The notes under the pieces: generated by a model
What the model saw: only the letters and a program-made list of their open reading frames with translations
Database searches by the model: none
Told to the model about the DNA's origin: nothing
In this document: positions 30,600 through 41,180 of the stretch, piece after piece
Position numbering within the stretch: the first letter of the stretch is position 1
Layout of the letters: each line of letters begins with the position of its first letter
Position numbers and translations under genes: made by a program
NCBI GenBank assembly: GCA_963805085.1
Contig: CAWDTA010000002.1
Location: 800,001 to 864,000, forward strand
Reading direction: 5' to 3'
Origin: an uncultured Veillonellaceae bacterium
GTDB lineage: Bacteria > Bacillota > Negativicutes > JARBTT01
DNA: 64,000 nucleotides

Positions 30600-31511
30600 A
30601 TGAAAAGTTTAGCCAGATTATTTGGGATCAGTTCTGATAGCCCCGAAACTCCGGCTGAAAGTACTGTAGCTATTCAAGTTCCAGTTGTAGCTGAGGATAT
30701 ACCAGTAGAAATTGTAAACAAGAATGATATTCAGTATTTAAAAATATGTGATATAGTTCCGAATCCTTTTCAACCAAGAAAAACCTTTCATGCCGAGGCT
30801 TTAAAAGATTTAGCAGCCTCCATTAAAGAATTTGGGGTAATTCAGCCACTATTGGTTAGAAGAGTAAGGGATAACTATGAATTAGTTGCTGGGGAACGTA
30901 GACTAAGAGCTTCAAAATTGGTTGGGTTAGAAGAAGTACCGGCGATTATTAAAGAGCTGAATGATAAAGAAATGGCAGAACTTGCAATGATTGAAAACTT
31001 GCAACGTGAAGATTTACATTTCTTAGAAGAAGCTGAAGGGTTTCACCAATTAATTTCCAATTTTGGTTTTACGCAAGAAGAATTGGCGAATCGTATGGGT
31101 AAAAGTCAATCGACAATAGCTAACAAATTGCGACTGTTAAAGCTCGGTGATGAAGTAAGAAAACAATTATATGAAGGCAGTTTAACTGAGCGTCATGCGA
31201 GAGCTTTACTGAAGCTAACAGAAGTAGTTCAGCAACTGGAAGCTCTTGTAATTATCAAAGAAAAAGGGCTGAATGTTCGCGAGAGTGAGATGTTGATTCA
31301 GGAAATTATTGACGAAATTTCCCGGGAAAAGGATAAAAAAGCACCGAAGCAAAATGTCGTGCGTGTGATTCGCGATGTTAGAATATTTCTAAATACAATC
31401 AATAATGTGGTTGGGCAAATGAAAAAGTCAGGGTTAAAAGTTAAAGTAAATCAAGAGCAAGATGATGATTATATCACTGTTAAAATGGTTATTCCAAAAC
31501 GAAAAAAATAG
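30600..31511 (+). CDS. noc: Nucleoid occlusion protein Noc (ParB family)
   Basis: N-terminal amphipathic MKSLARLFG, GERRLRA, ENLQR, KSQSTIANKLRLL and ERHARALL, located after rsmG. Confidence 0.9.
   Translation: MKSLARLFGISSDSPETPAESTVAIQVPVVAEDIPVEIVNKNDIQYLKICDIVPNPFQPRKTFHAEALKDLAASIKEFGVIQPLLVRRVRDNYELVAGERRLRASKLVGLEEVPAIIKELNDKEMAELAMIENLQREDLHFLEEAEGFHQLISNFGFTQEELANRMGKSQSTIANKLRLLKLGDEVRKQLYEGSLTERHARALLKLTEVVQQLEALVIIKEKGLNVRESEMLIQEIIDEISREKDKKAPKQNVVRVIRDVRIFLNTINNVVGQMKKSGLKVKVNQEQDDDYITVKMVIPKRKK
31317..31330. promoter_or_regulatory. Noc-binding-site-like palindrome inside noc
   Basis: ATTTCCCGGGAAAA matches 13 of 14 positions of the B. subtilis NBS ATTTCCCGGGAAAT. Confidence 0.6.
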
Positions 31512-31598
31512 CAGGCAGATTACTGATTATATGCGCCGATAAAAAGGTTGTGTAAGGTTTACCCTTTTGCTATAGCTTAGGAATAGTAGGTGTAAAAA

Positions 31599-32078
31599 AT
31601 GAAAAAAATAACGCGATTAGTTCTATTGATGTTAACTGTATTCATGATGTTAGCTAGTATTTGTCAAGCAATGGGGCCGATTAATAGAGAAGAAAAAAGT
31701 CCTAAGAATGAACTACAGAATGTGACGACTGAAAGATTTGTTCAGATTTATAAAGATGATGATTCTACGTATTATCTGGATAAAGTAACCGCGAAAAAAA
31801 TCAAGCACCCATATTTAAACGAAGATATTCTTGACGTTTGGTTAAAGGTAGAAGTTAATGTAAATGGTGTGTATAATGATCCAGTAAGTTATACGATGAA
31901 GCATTATTATTTACGTTTGAAGGAAAAACAATTACAACTTATCAATAGTGTTGATTTTAATGGAGAAAGTCCTGTCTATACACCGGATGAGCCTTATCGG
32001 GAACAAAATTGGAGAACACTAGTGCCAAGCAGTGCTGAGGAAAGTTGCTATTTAAAAGTCATTGAATTAGTAAAATAA
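31599..32078 (+). CDS. Secreted/periplasmic hypothetical protein (possibly surface-adhesin-E-like)
   Basis: Signal peptide ending CQA, and the pattern YYLD..DVWLK..WRTLVPSS. Confidence 0.7.
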   Translation: MKKITRLVLLMLTVFMMLASICQAMGPINREEKSPKNELQNVTTERFVQIYKDDDSTYYLDKVTAKKIKHPYLNEDILDVWLKVEVNVNGVYNDPVSYTMKHYYLRLKEKQLQLINSVDFNGESPVYTPDEPYREQNWRTLVPSSAEESCYLKVIELVK

Positions 32079-32284
32079 AAATACATATAAGATTTTTGAA
32101 AAAGTATCAATGTACGCATTGATACTTTTTTTATTGACATAATAGAAGGTGTTGGCTTAAAAATAATAAAAATAGTAACGTGTTTATAGATAATTTATTT
32201 AAATAGCAACCGATAAAGCCATATTTAATGTTTATTAAATGATAAAATATTTTGAAAACTTTAAAAATATATTGATTTTAGCTC

Positions 32285-32358
32285 TTGATTTTTTATAAAG
32301 AGTAGGGTATTATCATCTTGTAAGAACAAAAGTTACATACTGTCACATATGTGACAGT
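32285..32358 (+). promoter_or_regulatory. Promoter and perfect 20-bp palindrome (candidate operator) of the sorbitol operon
   Basis: TTGATT-17-TATTAT (32285-32313) and ACTGTCACATATGTGACAGT (32339-32358). Confidence 0.65.
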
Positions 32359-32399
32359 GAGATGCTTGCATCGATTGGTGCAAAAGAGAAGGTGAAAAA

Positions 32400-33344
32400 A
32401 TGATACCTGTAGAAAAACGATTGCTCATAAAAGTAGCCAATATGTATTATATCGAAAATATGAAGCAAAGTGATATTGCTGATAAATTAGGAATAAATCG
32501 TACAACGGTTAGTAAATATTTAAAGCGTGCAATGGAAGCTGGTATTGTCCAAATTTCGATTGTAAATGATTCTTATGAAAAATTAGAAACTGAATTAGAA
32601 AAGAAGTTTGACTTGAAAGAGGTTTATATTGTAGATTCTGTAGCAGATGCAGAGGAAGTAAAAAATAATATGGGGAAAGCAGGACTTGCTTTTTTAAAAC
32701 GTGTTATTAATGACGGCGATGTGGTTGGGTTTGCATGGGGAACTGCGATGGCGGCACTAGCTAAGAATGCTTTATTAGAAAAATGTAATGAAGTAAAAGC
32801 AGATATGGTTCCTTTAGTTGGTGGACCAGAAAACATTGATAGTGAATTTCATGTAAATACGATAGCGTATAAAATTGCCAATGCATTTAAGGCACAAAAT
32901 CATTATTTATATGCACCAGCAATATCAAAGACAGCAGAAATTAGAGCAGCAATTATTCAAGATAATAATTATACAAAAATAACAAATTATTGGAATAAGT
33001 TAAATATTGCAATTGTTGGTATTGGTGCACCAGTCAAAAATTCAAATCTTGTATGGGCAGGAGCTTTTGGTAAGAAAAGTATTGATGAATTAGCCAATGC
33101 AGGTGTGGCAGGAGAAATTTGTTCAGTTTTTTATGATATCAATGGACAGGTTATTACAACAGGATTAAGTGATAAGATCATTGCTATTGATTTAGAAAAA
33201 TTAAGGCAGGTCAAGTATTCTATAGGTATTGCAGCTTCACCAGAGAAAGTACCAGCTATTTACGGAGCTTTAAAAGGAAAATTGATTAATGTATTAATTT
33301 CTGATGAAGAAACAGCGAAACTTTTACTGACGTTTAATAAATAA
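32400..33344 (+). CDS. SorC/DeoR-family sugar-binding transcriptional regulator
   Basis: VANMYY..QSDIADKLGINRTTVSKYL HTH, GFAWGT and LISDEETA. Confidence 0.92.
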   Translation: MIPVEKRLLIKVANMYYIENMKQSDIADKLGINRTTVSKYLKRAMEAGIVQISIVNDSYEKLETELEKKFDLKEVYIVDSVADAEEVKNNMGKAGLAFLKRVINDGDVVGFAWGTAMAALAKNALLEKCNEVKADMVPLVGGPENIDSEFHVNTIAYKIANAFKAQNHYLYAPAISKTAEIRAAIIQDNNYTKITNYWNKLNIAIVGIGAPVKNSNLVWAGAFGKKSIDELANAGVAGEICSVFYDINGQVITTGLSDKIIAIDLEKLRQVKYSIGIAASPEKVPAIYGALKGKLINVLISDEETAKLLLTFNK

Positions 33345-33430
33345 GGAGTTATAAGACCATTTGTATTCATCATAGGAATGTTTATGGTTTTAAATAATAT
33401 TTGGAATGAATCTATATGGAGGTCAAAACA

Positions 33431-34201
33431 ATGTCAAAAGTTGCACTTATTGTTGGTGGGGGAAGAAGTTTAGGAGCTTTTTTAAGTAAACATTTAGCAA
33501 GAGAAGGTTATGCAGTAGCTGTTGGTGATTTAAATAAGGAAAATGCTGAAAATGTTGTTGCTGAAATTGTATCTGATGGAGGCGAGGCAATTGCTGTAGT
33601 AGCAAACGCTTGTAAAGAAGATGAAGTTGCAGCAATGTTTAAAAATGTCGTAGAAAAATACGGCAAAATTGATTTATTACTTTATAATGCTGGTGTTGCT
33701 AAAAGTTGTAAAATCACTGAGTTTTCATTAGATACTTTTAAATTTATCTGTGATGTTAATTTAAATGGCTATTTCTTATGTGCCAGAGAAGCTGCTAGAG
33801 TGATGATTGAAAAAGAAACTGCTGGCTCGATTATCGTTATTAACTCTAAATCTGGTAGAGTTGGTAGCAAGCATAATAGTGGATATTCCGCTTCTAAATT
33901 TGGGGCTGTTGGTTTGACGCAAAGTTTGGCACTAGACCTTGCCGAATACCATATCAGAGTGAATTCCATGATGCTGGGGAATCTTTTAGATTCTGATATG
34001 TTTGAAAGTTTAATTCCACAATATGCGGTTAAGTTAGGTGTTCCTGAAGATCAAGTAAAACAAGTTTATATTGATAAAGTGCCTTTAAAACGTGGTTGCA
34101 GATTCCAAGATGTTGCTAATGTAGTTACGTTCTATGCATCAGAGAAAGCCGAATATTTAACAGGACAATCTGTAAATATTACTGGTGGTCAAGTAATGTA
34201 A
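33431..34201 (+). CDS. srlD: Sorbitol-6-phosphate 2-dehydrogenase
   Basis: SDR with GGGRSLG, INSKSGRVGSKHNSGYSASKFG and YIDKVPLKRGC. Start follows GGAGG. Confidence 0.95.
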   Translation: MSKVALIVGGGRSLGAFLSKHLAREGYAVAVGDLNKENAENVVAEIVSDGGEAIAVVANACKEDEVAAMFKNVVEKYGKIDLLLYNAGVAKSCKITEFSLDTFKFICDVNLNGYFLCAREAARVMIEKETAGSIIVINSKSGRVGSKHNSGYSASKFGAVGLTQSLALDLAEYHIRVNSMMLGNLLDSDMFESLIPQYAVKLGVPEDQVKQVYIDKVPLKRGCRFQDVANVVTFYASEKAEYLTGQSVNITGGQVM

Positions 34202-34276
34202 GCATTTGGCTTACATTACTTAAATCATGACTGAGAAATAACATAATAATCATTAAACTAACAGGAGGATAAGACT

Positions 34277-34696
34277 ATGTTGTGGTTGATTATAGTGGCT
34301 GCTTTAATGTGGATTTTGCAATGTATCTTAGGAATTTGGCAGTTTAATAAATTTAATCGCCGCTTTAAAGAACTAAGAGCTGAAGGTAGAGTTGCCATTG
34401 GCAGAGCAAAAGGCCGTGTTGTCGCAGGCGCTGTTGTATTACTTTGTATAGACAAAGAGTGTAATATTATAAAAGGTGAAAAAATGCAGGGAACAACAAT
34501 CTTTGCGGGCTTAAAGCCTCTTAATAAATTCAATCATATGAATTTACTAGATATAAATGAGGTAAGCTGTAATGGCTTGGATAAGCAAACAACAAAAGCA
34601 GTTTTAAATGCGGTTAGCAATTATAAAGAATTCATTAAAAAAGAACAAACGATAAAGATAGAGCAAGTAGAAGCTGAGAATTTGGTTAGTAATTAA
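34277..34696 (+). CDS. gutM: Glucitol operon activator GutM
   Basis: LQCILGIWQ..F..GRVAIG..G.TIFA, within the srl operon. Confidence 0.88.
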   Translation: MLWLIIVAALMWILQCILGIWQFNKFNRRFKELRAEGRVAIGRAKGRVVAGAVVLLCIDKECNIIKGEKMQGTTIFAGLKPLNKFNHMNLLDINEVSCNGLDKQTTKAVLNAVSNYKEFIKKEQTIKIEQVEAENLVSN

Positions 34697-34862
34697 CACA
34701 ACGGTTTTTTTTGTAAAATTTATATCTGAATATTCTAATAATTGCTAAATGTTTTGTTATGTTATAACTCAGTTAAAGAAATAAATTTCTACATTTATCA
34801 GCCTTGGTTTTGTAAATAGAAGTGGGCTAACCACAACTAAAAAAAGAAAGTGGGGTTATCTT

Positions 34863-35429
34863 ATGGATTCATTAGTTTTTTTAGCAAAAGGGTTTATAGG
34901 AATGTTTAATGAGGGAGGTAAAACATTTGTTGCTTTGGTAACAGGTATCGTACCTACATTGATTTGTTTACTTGTAGCAATGAATGCACTCATTCGTTTC
35001 GTTGGTCAAGAAAAAATCGAAAAATTAGCACATATGTGTGCAGGAAATCCGATATCTAGATATATAATTCTACCAGTAGTTGGTACTTTCTTCTTTTGCA
35101 ATCCAATGACATTATCATTAGGCAAGTTTATGCCAGAAAAATATAAACCAAGTTATTATGCAGCAGGTTCTTATTCTTGTCATACGTTAAATGGATTATT
35201 CCCTCACGTAAATCCAGGAGAATTATTCGTTTTCTTGGGAATTGCAAACGGCATAACTCAATTAGGGCTGCCTACTGTTGACTTAGCTTTACGGTATTTC
35301 TTAGTTGGTGTTGTAACAAACTTTTTAAGAGGTTGGGTAACAGATTTTACAACGAGTTATGTTGAAAAACAGCAAGGTGTTACTTTAAAAACAGAAGTTA
35401 CCGCTATTCAAAGTGGAACGAATGCATAA
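34863..35429 (+). CDS. srlA: PTS glucitol/sorbitol EIIC
   Basis: [27 protein letters not shown]. Confidence 0.95.
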   Translation: MDSLVFLAKGFIGMFNEGGKTFVALVTGIVPTLICLLVAMNALIRFVGQEKIEKLAHMCAGNPISRYIILPVVGTFFFCNPMTLSLGKFMPEKYKPSYYAAGSYSCHTLNGLFPHVNPGELFVFLGIANGITQLGLPTVDLALRYFLVGVVTNFLRGWVTDFTTSYVEKQQGVTLKTEVTAIQSGTNA

Positions 35430-35442
35430 GGAGGATTAGAAA

Positions 35443-36429
35443 ATGGGAGAATATCAATCAATTAAAGTATCTGCAGGTAGAGGTGGTTTTGGTGGTCCAT
35501 TAGTTTTAACTCCAACTGCGGAAAAAAATAAAGTTGTTAATATTACCGGTGGTGTTATTTCACCTGTTGCAGAAAAAATTGCTGAAATGACAGGCTGTAC
35601 TTTAGTAGATGGGTTTAAAACAAAAGCTCCGGACAATGAAATCTTATGTGTAATTATTGATTGTGGTGGTACGCTACGTTGCGGTATCTATCCACAAAAG
35701 AAAATTCCGACAATTAACTTAAATCCAACGGGGCCTAGCGGTCCACTAGCTGAACATATCAAAGCAGATATTTATGTATCTGAAGTGAAAATTAGTGATT
35801 TATCATTTAGTGATGGTTCAGCTCCAGCGCCAACTCCAGTTGAGGCTAAAAGTAAGTCTAAATATGATACTTCAAAAAAAATTACGCAACAAACATCAGG
35901 TGGGTTAATGGCGAACATCGGTAAAATGATGGGATCTATTACAGCAACCTTATATCAAGCTGGTCGTGATACGATTGACACGATTATGAAAACAATTCTT
36001 CCGTTCATGGCGTTTGTGTCAATGTTAATCGGTGTGGTATTAAGCACAGGAATTGGTGATGTCATTGCTCAAGTATTAGCACCACTTGCTAGCTCGGCAA
36101 TTGGCTTGATTATATTATCTATGATTTGTTCCTTCCCATTCTTATCTCCATTCCTTGGACCTGGCGCTGTTATAGCACAAGTAATTGGTGTCTTAATCGG
36201 GGTTCAAATTGGACAAGGGAATATTCCGCCACATCTTGCATTACCAGCACTATTTGCTATCAATGCCCAAGCGGCTTGTGACTTTATTCCAGTAGGTTTA
36301 GGTCTTGCTGAAGCCGAAGTTGAAACTGTTGAAGTTGGTGTTCCTTCGGTATTATATTCGCGGTTTATCACAGGACCGATTACTGTAGCTATTGCGTGGC
36401 TTGCAAGCTTTGGTTTATATCAAGGTTAG
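35443..36429 (+). CDS. srlE: PTS glucitol/sorbitol EIIBC
   Basis: [32 protein letters not shown] and VEVGVPSVL. Confidence 0.95.
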   Translation: MGEYQSIKVSAGRGGFGGPLVLTPTAEKNKVVNITGGVISPVAEKIAEMTGCTLVDGFKTKAPDNEILCVIIDCGGTLRCGIYPQKKIPTINLNPTGPSGPLAEHIKADIYVSEVKISDLSFSDGSAPAPTPVEAKSKSKYDTSKKITQQTSGGLMANIGKMMGSITATLYQAGRDTIDTIMKTILPFMAFVSMLIGVVLSTGIGDVIAQVLAPLASSAIGLIILSMICSFPFLSPFLGPGAVIAQVIGVLIGVQIGQGNIPPHLALPALFAINAQAACDFIPVGLGLAEAEVETVEVGVPSVLYSRFITGPITVAIAWLASFGLYQG

Positions 36430-36525
36430 TTCTTAGAAAGTTAATTTAAAAATAGAATGTGTGATTGATGAATATGATCAGTCACACATTCTACTATAAA
36501 AACGAAACAATCGGAGGTATTATAT

Positions 36526-36894
36526 ATGTCAGTTATTTTTAATACAAAAGTTATAAAACTTGGTGACATGGCAAATGCATTTATTGCGGAAAAAATGGTC
36601 ATTCTGTTTCAAGAAAATGCACCAGATGAGTTAGCCGACTATTGTGTCTTGCACACAGGTCATAAATTAGTAGATACTGTGCAAGTAGGCGATATTTTAG
36701 TATTTGCTGGCATAGAATATAAAATTGTGTATGTTGGTGATCAAGTACAAAAGAATTTAGGTAATTTAGGTCATATCACATTAAGATTTAATAATAATTG
36801 TGAAGGTGAAAATCTGGAAGGTAGCTTATACCTTGAAGACAAAGATGTTGCAGCTATTAATATTGGTGATGAAATCTCTATTATAAGAAAATAA
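36526..36894 (+). CDS. srlB: PTS glucitol/sorbitol EIIA
   Basis: MVILF..APDELADYCVLH..NLGNLGHITLRF. Confidence 0.93.
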   Translation: MSVIFNTKVIKLGDMANAFIAEKMVILFQENAPDELADYCVLHTGHKLVDTVQVGDILVFAGIEYKIVYVGDQVQKNLGNLGHITLRFNNNCEGENLEGSLYLEDKDVAAINIGDEISIIRK

Positions 36895-36975
36895 TAAGAG
36901 TTATCACTTGGGACGGTTAGGAAATGAATACTTTGAGGATAGATTTTAATTTCGTCTCTATAAAAATGCATATAT

Positions 36976-37097
36976 ATAAACCAGTATAACTTACTAGCTA
37001 CCATTGCTACAGTTATGCTGGTTTATTTTTGTTTCTATACAATTCATAATGGCTACTGCACCCTAAAGACATTAGAGTGCAGTAGCCATTATTTTTA
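36976..37097. terminator. Two hairpin terminators between convergent srlB and metH
   Basis: ATAAACCAGTATAAC..GTTATGCTGGTTTAT and ATAATGGCTACTGCAC..GTGCAGTAGCCATTAT. Confidence 0.75.
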
Positions 37098-37100
37098 TCA

Positions 37101-39473
37101 TTATTTTTCGACTAATTCTTTTGCTAAATTTACAGCGACAACACCATCACGCGCGTAACAATCGGCGCCAGCTTGGTCGGCATATTCTTGCGTGAGGACA
37201 GCCCCACCTACCATAACTTTGGCTTTACTGCCAGCTTTTTTTAGTGCGTCGATGACGAAATCAATTTGTGGCATGGTGGTCGTCATTAGCGCACAGAGAC
37301 CGACAATATCGGCGTCGTGCTCTAATGCCGTTTTTACGATCGTGTCTAATTCAACGTCTTTACCGAGGTCAATGATATGGAATCCATTATTTTCGAGTAG
37401 AGCACCAACAATATTTTTACCGAGGTCATGAATATCGCCTCTGACAGTAGCGATAACAACAGTACCCTTATTTTGAAAATTATGTAATGGCAATAGCTCT
37501 TTTATTTTGATAAAAGCTTCGCGCATGGCTTCAGCTGATAGTAGAACTTGTGGTAAAAACAATTTACCAGAGCCAAAACCGATGCCAACTTCGTTCATGG
37601 CGGCAGTCAAACATTGATCAGTGATTTCGGTAGAAGAATGGCCCTCGGCCAAAGCTTTTTCTACCATTGGTGCAATGGCTTCTTTTTCTCCATTAATTAC
37701 AGCGGTTTTAATACTGGTTAGTAAATCCATTTCCGAGATAGGAGCTGTTGCGGCTTTTGTAGGCGCATTTGCATTGGCAGCGGATAAACTATAGTGGCGA
37801 GCATTTTTATCAAAGCCTAGTAAAGCTGAGCTAGCGAGAAGGGCCTCTTGCATTGCAGTATCGTATGGATTCATGATTGGAGCATCGAGACCGTAGGCTA
37901 AACTCATCGTAAAGAAGTTACTATTAATCAGTGGTCGATTCGGGAGTCCAAAGGATATATTACTTAACCCCATTGTAGAAGGATACCCAAATTTTTCACG
38001 ATAGAGTTTTAAAGTATTGAGTGTCTGGATGCAGGCTTCTTCATCAGCGGCAATCGTCATAACCAGAGCATCAAGCAAGAAATCATTTGGCTTCATTCCG
38101 ATAGCGAGTGCGTGGTCAATAATCGTTTGTATGACGGCTACACGTTCTGGGGCTGTCTCTGGTACACCGGCAGGTGAGATTGGTAAACATAGAATGGCTG
38201 CACCATATTTTTTAGCCAAGGGCAAGAATTCAGCTAAACGTTCTGGTTCGGCACTTACTGAATTAATGAGTGCACGTCCAGGATAAGCTTTTAATCCTGC
38301 TTCTAAGGCTTTGGCATCGCTGGTATCAATTGCGAGAGGAACGTCTACCAACTGAGAAATTTCAGTAATTGCTTTACTCATAGCCTTGGTTTGGTCGATC
38401 CCAGCTACACCCATATTTACATCCAATAGATGTGCACCAGCACGGACTTGTTCAAGTGCTTCTTTTTTTACTGAAAGAAAGTTTCCCTCTTTAATTTCAG
38501 CGGCAAGCTTTTTTCTGCCTGTTGGATTAATACGCTCACCTAGTAGCACCGTAGGTAATGTTTTATCAATAAATACTGTTTTACTACGACTTGTTAAAGC
38601 GAGCATTGGCTTGCGGTGTTGGCGTATGGCTGGGGTTAATCTTTGAATTGCTTTTTTGATAGCCGCGATATGTTTAGGCGTTGTCCCGCAACAACCACCG
38701 ATATAAGTTGCGCCAGCTTCGACTAATTTTGGTACCCAACTAGCCATTTCTTCTGCATCCATTGGAAAAACAGTTTTCCCTTCTACTAAATGTGGCATGC
38801 CGGCATTTGGTTGGATACTAATTGGACAACTGCAATTAGCTGCTAATAGTTCAATGATTGGTAGTAATTGCGCTGGCCCAAGTGAACAGTTTGCCCCGAT
38901 TATATCAGCGCCCATTGCTTCTAAGGTAATCGCTGCGGTTTGTGGATCTGTTCCTGTTACAGTACGACCATCAGAGTTAAAGGATAATTGACAGATTACA
39001 GGTTTATCCGTTACTGCTTTGGCCGCAAGAAGAGCAGCCCTCATTTCTTGAATGTCAATAATAGTTTCAATTAAAATCATATCTACACCAGCATTTACTA
39101 ACGCTGATATTTGTTCATAAAAAACTTCATATGCCTCATCAAAAGTTAATTCACCAAGAGGTTTGATAAATTTGCCAGTAGAGCCAATAGATCCGGCAAT
39201 TTTGACTTTATCACCAGTGGCCGCTTTGGCAGCCTTAACTGCGGCGATGTTGAGCTCTTTTACACGCTCAGCTAAGCCATAGTGTGATAATTTGATTCGG
39301 TTGGCGCCAAAACTATTTGTTTCAATAATATTGGAACCATGTACGATATATTCTTTATGAATATTGGTAACGATTTCAGGTTTTTCTACATTTAATAACT
39401 CAGGGCATTCACCTGGCTTTAATCCAGCATTTTGTAACATGGTACCCATTGCACCGTCAAAAACATAAATCAT
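37101..39473 (-). CDS. metH: Cobalamin-dependent methionine synthase catalytic part (Hcy, folate and B12 domains)
   Basis: DGAMGTMLQ, GANCS, GGCCGT, GERINPTG, GLSNISFG and DIHDLGKNIV. Confidence 0.92.
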   Translation of the reverse strand: MIYVFDGAMGTMLQNAGLKPGECPELLNVEKPEIVTNIHKEYIVHGSNIIETNSFGANRIKLSHYGLAERVKELNIAAVKAAKAATGDKVKIAGSIGSTGKFIKPLGELTFDEAYEVFYEQISALVNAGVDMILIETIIDIQEMRAALLAAKAVTDKPVICQLSFNSDGRTVTGTDPQTAAITLEAMGADIIGANCSLGPAQLLPIIELLAANCSCPISIQPNAGMPHLVEGKTVFPMDAEEMASWVPKLVEAGATYIGGCCGTTPKHIAAIKKAIQRLTPAIRQHRKPMLALTSRSKTVFIDKTLPTVLLGERINPTGRKKLAAEIKEGNFLSVKKEALEQVRAGAHLLDVNMGVAGIDQTKAMSKAITEISQLVDVPLAIDTSDAKALEAGLKAYPGRALINSVSAEPERLAEFLPLAKKYGAAILCLPISPAGVPETAPERVAVIQTIIDHALAIGMKPNDFLLDALVMTIAADEEACIQTLNTLKLYREKFGYPSTMGLSNISFGLPNRPLINSNFFTMSLAYGLDAPIMNPYDTAMQEALLASSALLGFDKNARHYSLSAANANAPTKAATAPISEMDLLTSIKTAVINGEKEAIAPMVEKALAEGHSSTEITDQCLTAAMNEVGIGFGSGKLFLPQVLLSAEAMREAFIKIKELLPLHNFQNKGTVVIATVRGDIHDLGKNIVGALLENNGFHIIDLGKDVELDTIVKTALEHDADIVGLCALMTTTMPQIDFVIDALKKAGSKAKVMVGGAVLTQEYADQAGADCYARDGVVAVNLAKELVEK

Positions 39474-40160
39474 TTAAATAGAAGACTCCTTTCGAGCTAG
39501 ACAATCTAGTTTATTACAATTTTTACAATCGTGGCTGGTCTGCGAAGAATTTCCTCCGCAATTTGGAACTAGACCAATAACAGCTGTAACTGATTTTCGT
39601 GGAATAAGCATCATACTAGTTGTTAAAGCAATGCCAATTTCTTTAGCACTAGATAAGCGAAGCATTTCAGGCTGGAAGGTAATATTCCAATCACCATAGC
39701 CAGGGCTAAAACGCATTGCAGTTTGATATCCTTTTGCCTCTATATAATGTTTAATGGTTTTTTCCATAGTGTCAGCTGCCATTTCTACAGCTGTTGTAGC
39801 AGCTGCATCAAGTAATACGGAATGTGTATAATTATTGGCTTTAAAATGGTCAGTGATGGCATTTTCAATATCTTCACCAATGGTAACAGCCATTACAATA
39901 ATCTTTGTCGCATTTTGCAAATGACGTTGAACGACATTACCTTGGATGATAGCGGGAACTTCTGCTTCAATCGTATGCGTTGAATGATTATAATCGTAAA
40001 TTTGCCAAATACCTTTGGCTTGGCTTAAAAGCTGTGCTTCTAGGCAAGCGTGATCAATCAACTTTTCGTCAAACGCTACTTTACTTAGCCCTGCGTAACG
40101 TTTTGTCTCACTTTTATCAATACTAGTCAGTGAGGCATTATAAATTGGCAAAACAAACAC
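39474..40160 (-). CDS. Stand-alone methionine synthase reactivation (AdoMet-binding) domain
   Basis: AVTIG..LLDAAA..RFSPGYGDW..IGI.LT.SMMLIPRKSVTAVIG, ending in a Cys-rich tail. Confidence 0.88.
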   Translation of the reverse strand: MFVLPIYNASLTSIDKSETKRYAGLSKVAFDEKLIDHACLEAQLLSQAKGIWQIYDYNHSTHTIEAEVPAIIQGNVVQRHLQNATKIIVMAVTIGEDIENAITDHFKANNYTHSVLLDAAATTAVEMAADTMEKTIKHYIEAKGYQTAMRFSPGYGDWNITFQPEMLRLSSAKEIGIALTTSMMLIPRKSVTAVIGLVPNCGGNSSQTSHDCKNCNKLDCLARKESSI

Positions 40161-40343
40161 CTCGTCTTATATAAAATTTTGCACTTACGACTATTTTAAC
40201 ATAAAAGGTTAAAAAAAGCTTGAATAGTTAAAAATAGTGTAAATAATATACTGGAAAATTCATTTATTATGCTTATATTTTAGCCATATTTGATAATAAA
40301 TTTTAAATATTGCGTTGATCAGAATTTTACGTGATAAAAAGTA

Positions 40344-40370
40344 GCAGGAATCTGCCAAATGGTGTGGAAT
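40344..40370 (+). promoter_or_regulatory. Sigma-H-like promoter for soj-spo0J
   Basis: GCAGGAATC-11-GTGGAAT. Confidence 0.6.
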
Positions 40371-40418
40371 TGAGTTATCTTAATGAGAATAAACATTACC
40401 AAAGAAGAGGGGAATTTC

Positions 40419-41180
40419 ATGGTAAAAGTGATTGCAATTGCAAATCAAAAAGGCGGAGTTGGTAAAACAACGACTTCAGTAAATCTAAGTGCTTGTTTAG
40501 CTGAATTAGGGAAGAAAGTATTATTAATGGATGTCGATCCACAAGGAAATTCAACGAGTGGATATGGTATTGATAAATCAAAAATAAAAAGATCAATTTA
40601 TGATGTATTAGTAGATGATGTTGATATGTCAGAGGCAATATTATCCACCGAAATTGAAAATTTAAAAATATTACCGGCAACAATTCAATTGGCTGGAGCT
40701 GAAATTGAATTGGTATCAGTAATGTCTAGAGAAACAAAGTTAAAAAGGGCAATTGATAAAATAAAGTATGAGTATGACTATGTCATTATGGATTGTCCAC
40801 CATCACTTGGGCTCTTAACAATTAACTCGCTAACTGCTGCCAATTCAGTACTGGTTCCGATACAATGTGAGTTTTATGCGTTAGAAGGTTTATCACAATT
40901 GATGAATACAGTTGCCTTGGTTCAAAAAAATTTAAATCCAATCTTGGAGCTAGAGGGTGTCGTACTGACAATGTTCGATGCGCGGACTAATTTATCGCTA
41001 CAAGTCGTTGAAGAAGTAAAGAGTCATTTTAGACAAAAAGTTTATCAGACAATTATTCCAAGAAATGTTCGACTTAGCGAGGCACCAAGCCATGGTCAGC
41101 CAGTTACAATATATGATCCTAAGTCGAAGGGTTCAGAAGTGTATTTTGAATTAGCCAAAGAGGTGATTGATAATGAGTAA
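40419..41180 (+). CDS. soj: ParA/Soj ATPase
   Basis: [23 protein letters not shown] and [14 protein letters not shown]. Confidence 0.97.
   Translation: MVKVIAIANQKGGVGKTTTSVNLSACLAELGKKVLLMDVDPQGNSTSGYGIDKSKIKRSIYDVLVDDVDMSEAILSTEIENLKILPATIQLAGAEIELVSVMSRETKLKRAIDKIKYEYDYVIMDCPPSLGLLTINSLTAANSVLVPIQCEFYALEGLSQLMNTVALVQKNLNPILELEGVVLTMFDARTNLSLQVVEEVKSHFRQKVYQTIIPRNVRLSEAPSHGQPVTIYDPKSKGSEVYFELAKEVIDNE

Noticed and set aside
36901-36930. GGGACGG core after srlB, possibly another RAYT-type REP
   Set aside because: The arms (TATCA/TGAATA) pair poorly and no partner was found at the other end of the operon, so chance cannot be excluded.
40322-40340. parS-like TTTTACGTGATAAA upstream of soj
   Set aside because: Too many mismatches compared with the two perfect parS sites.
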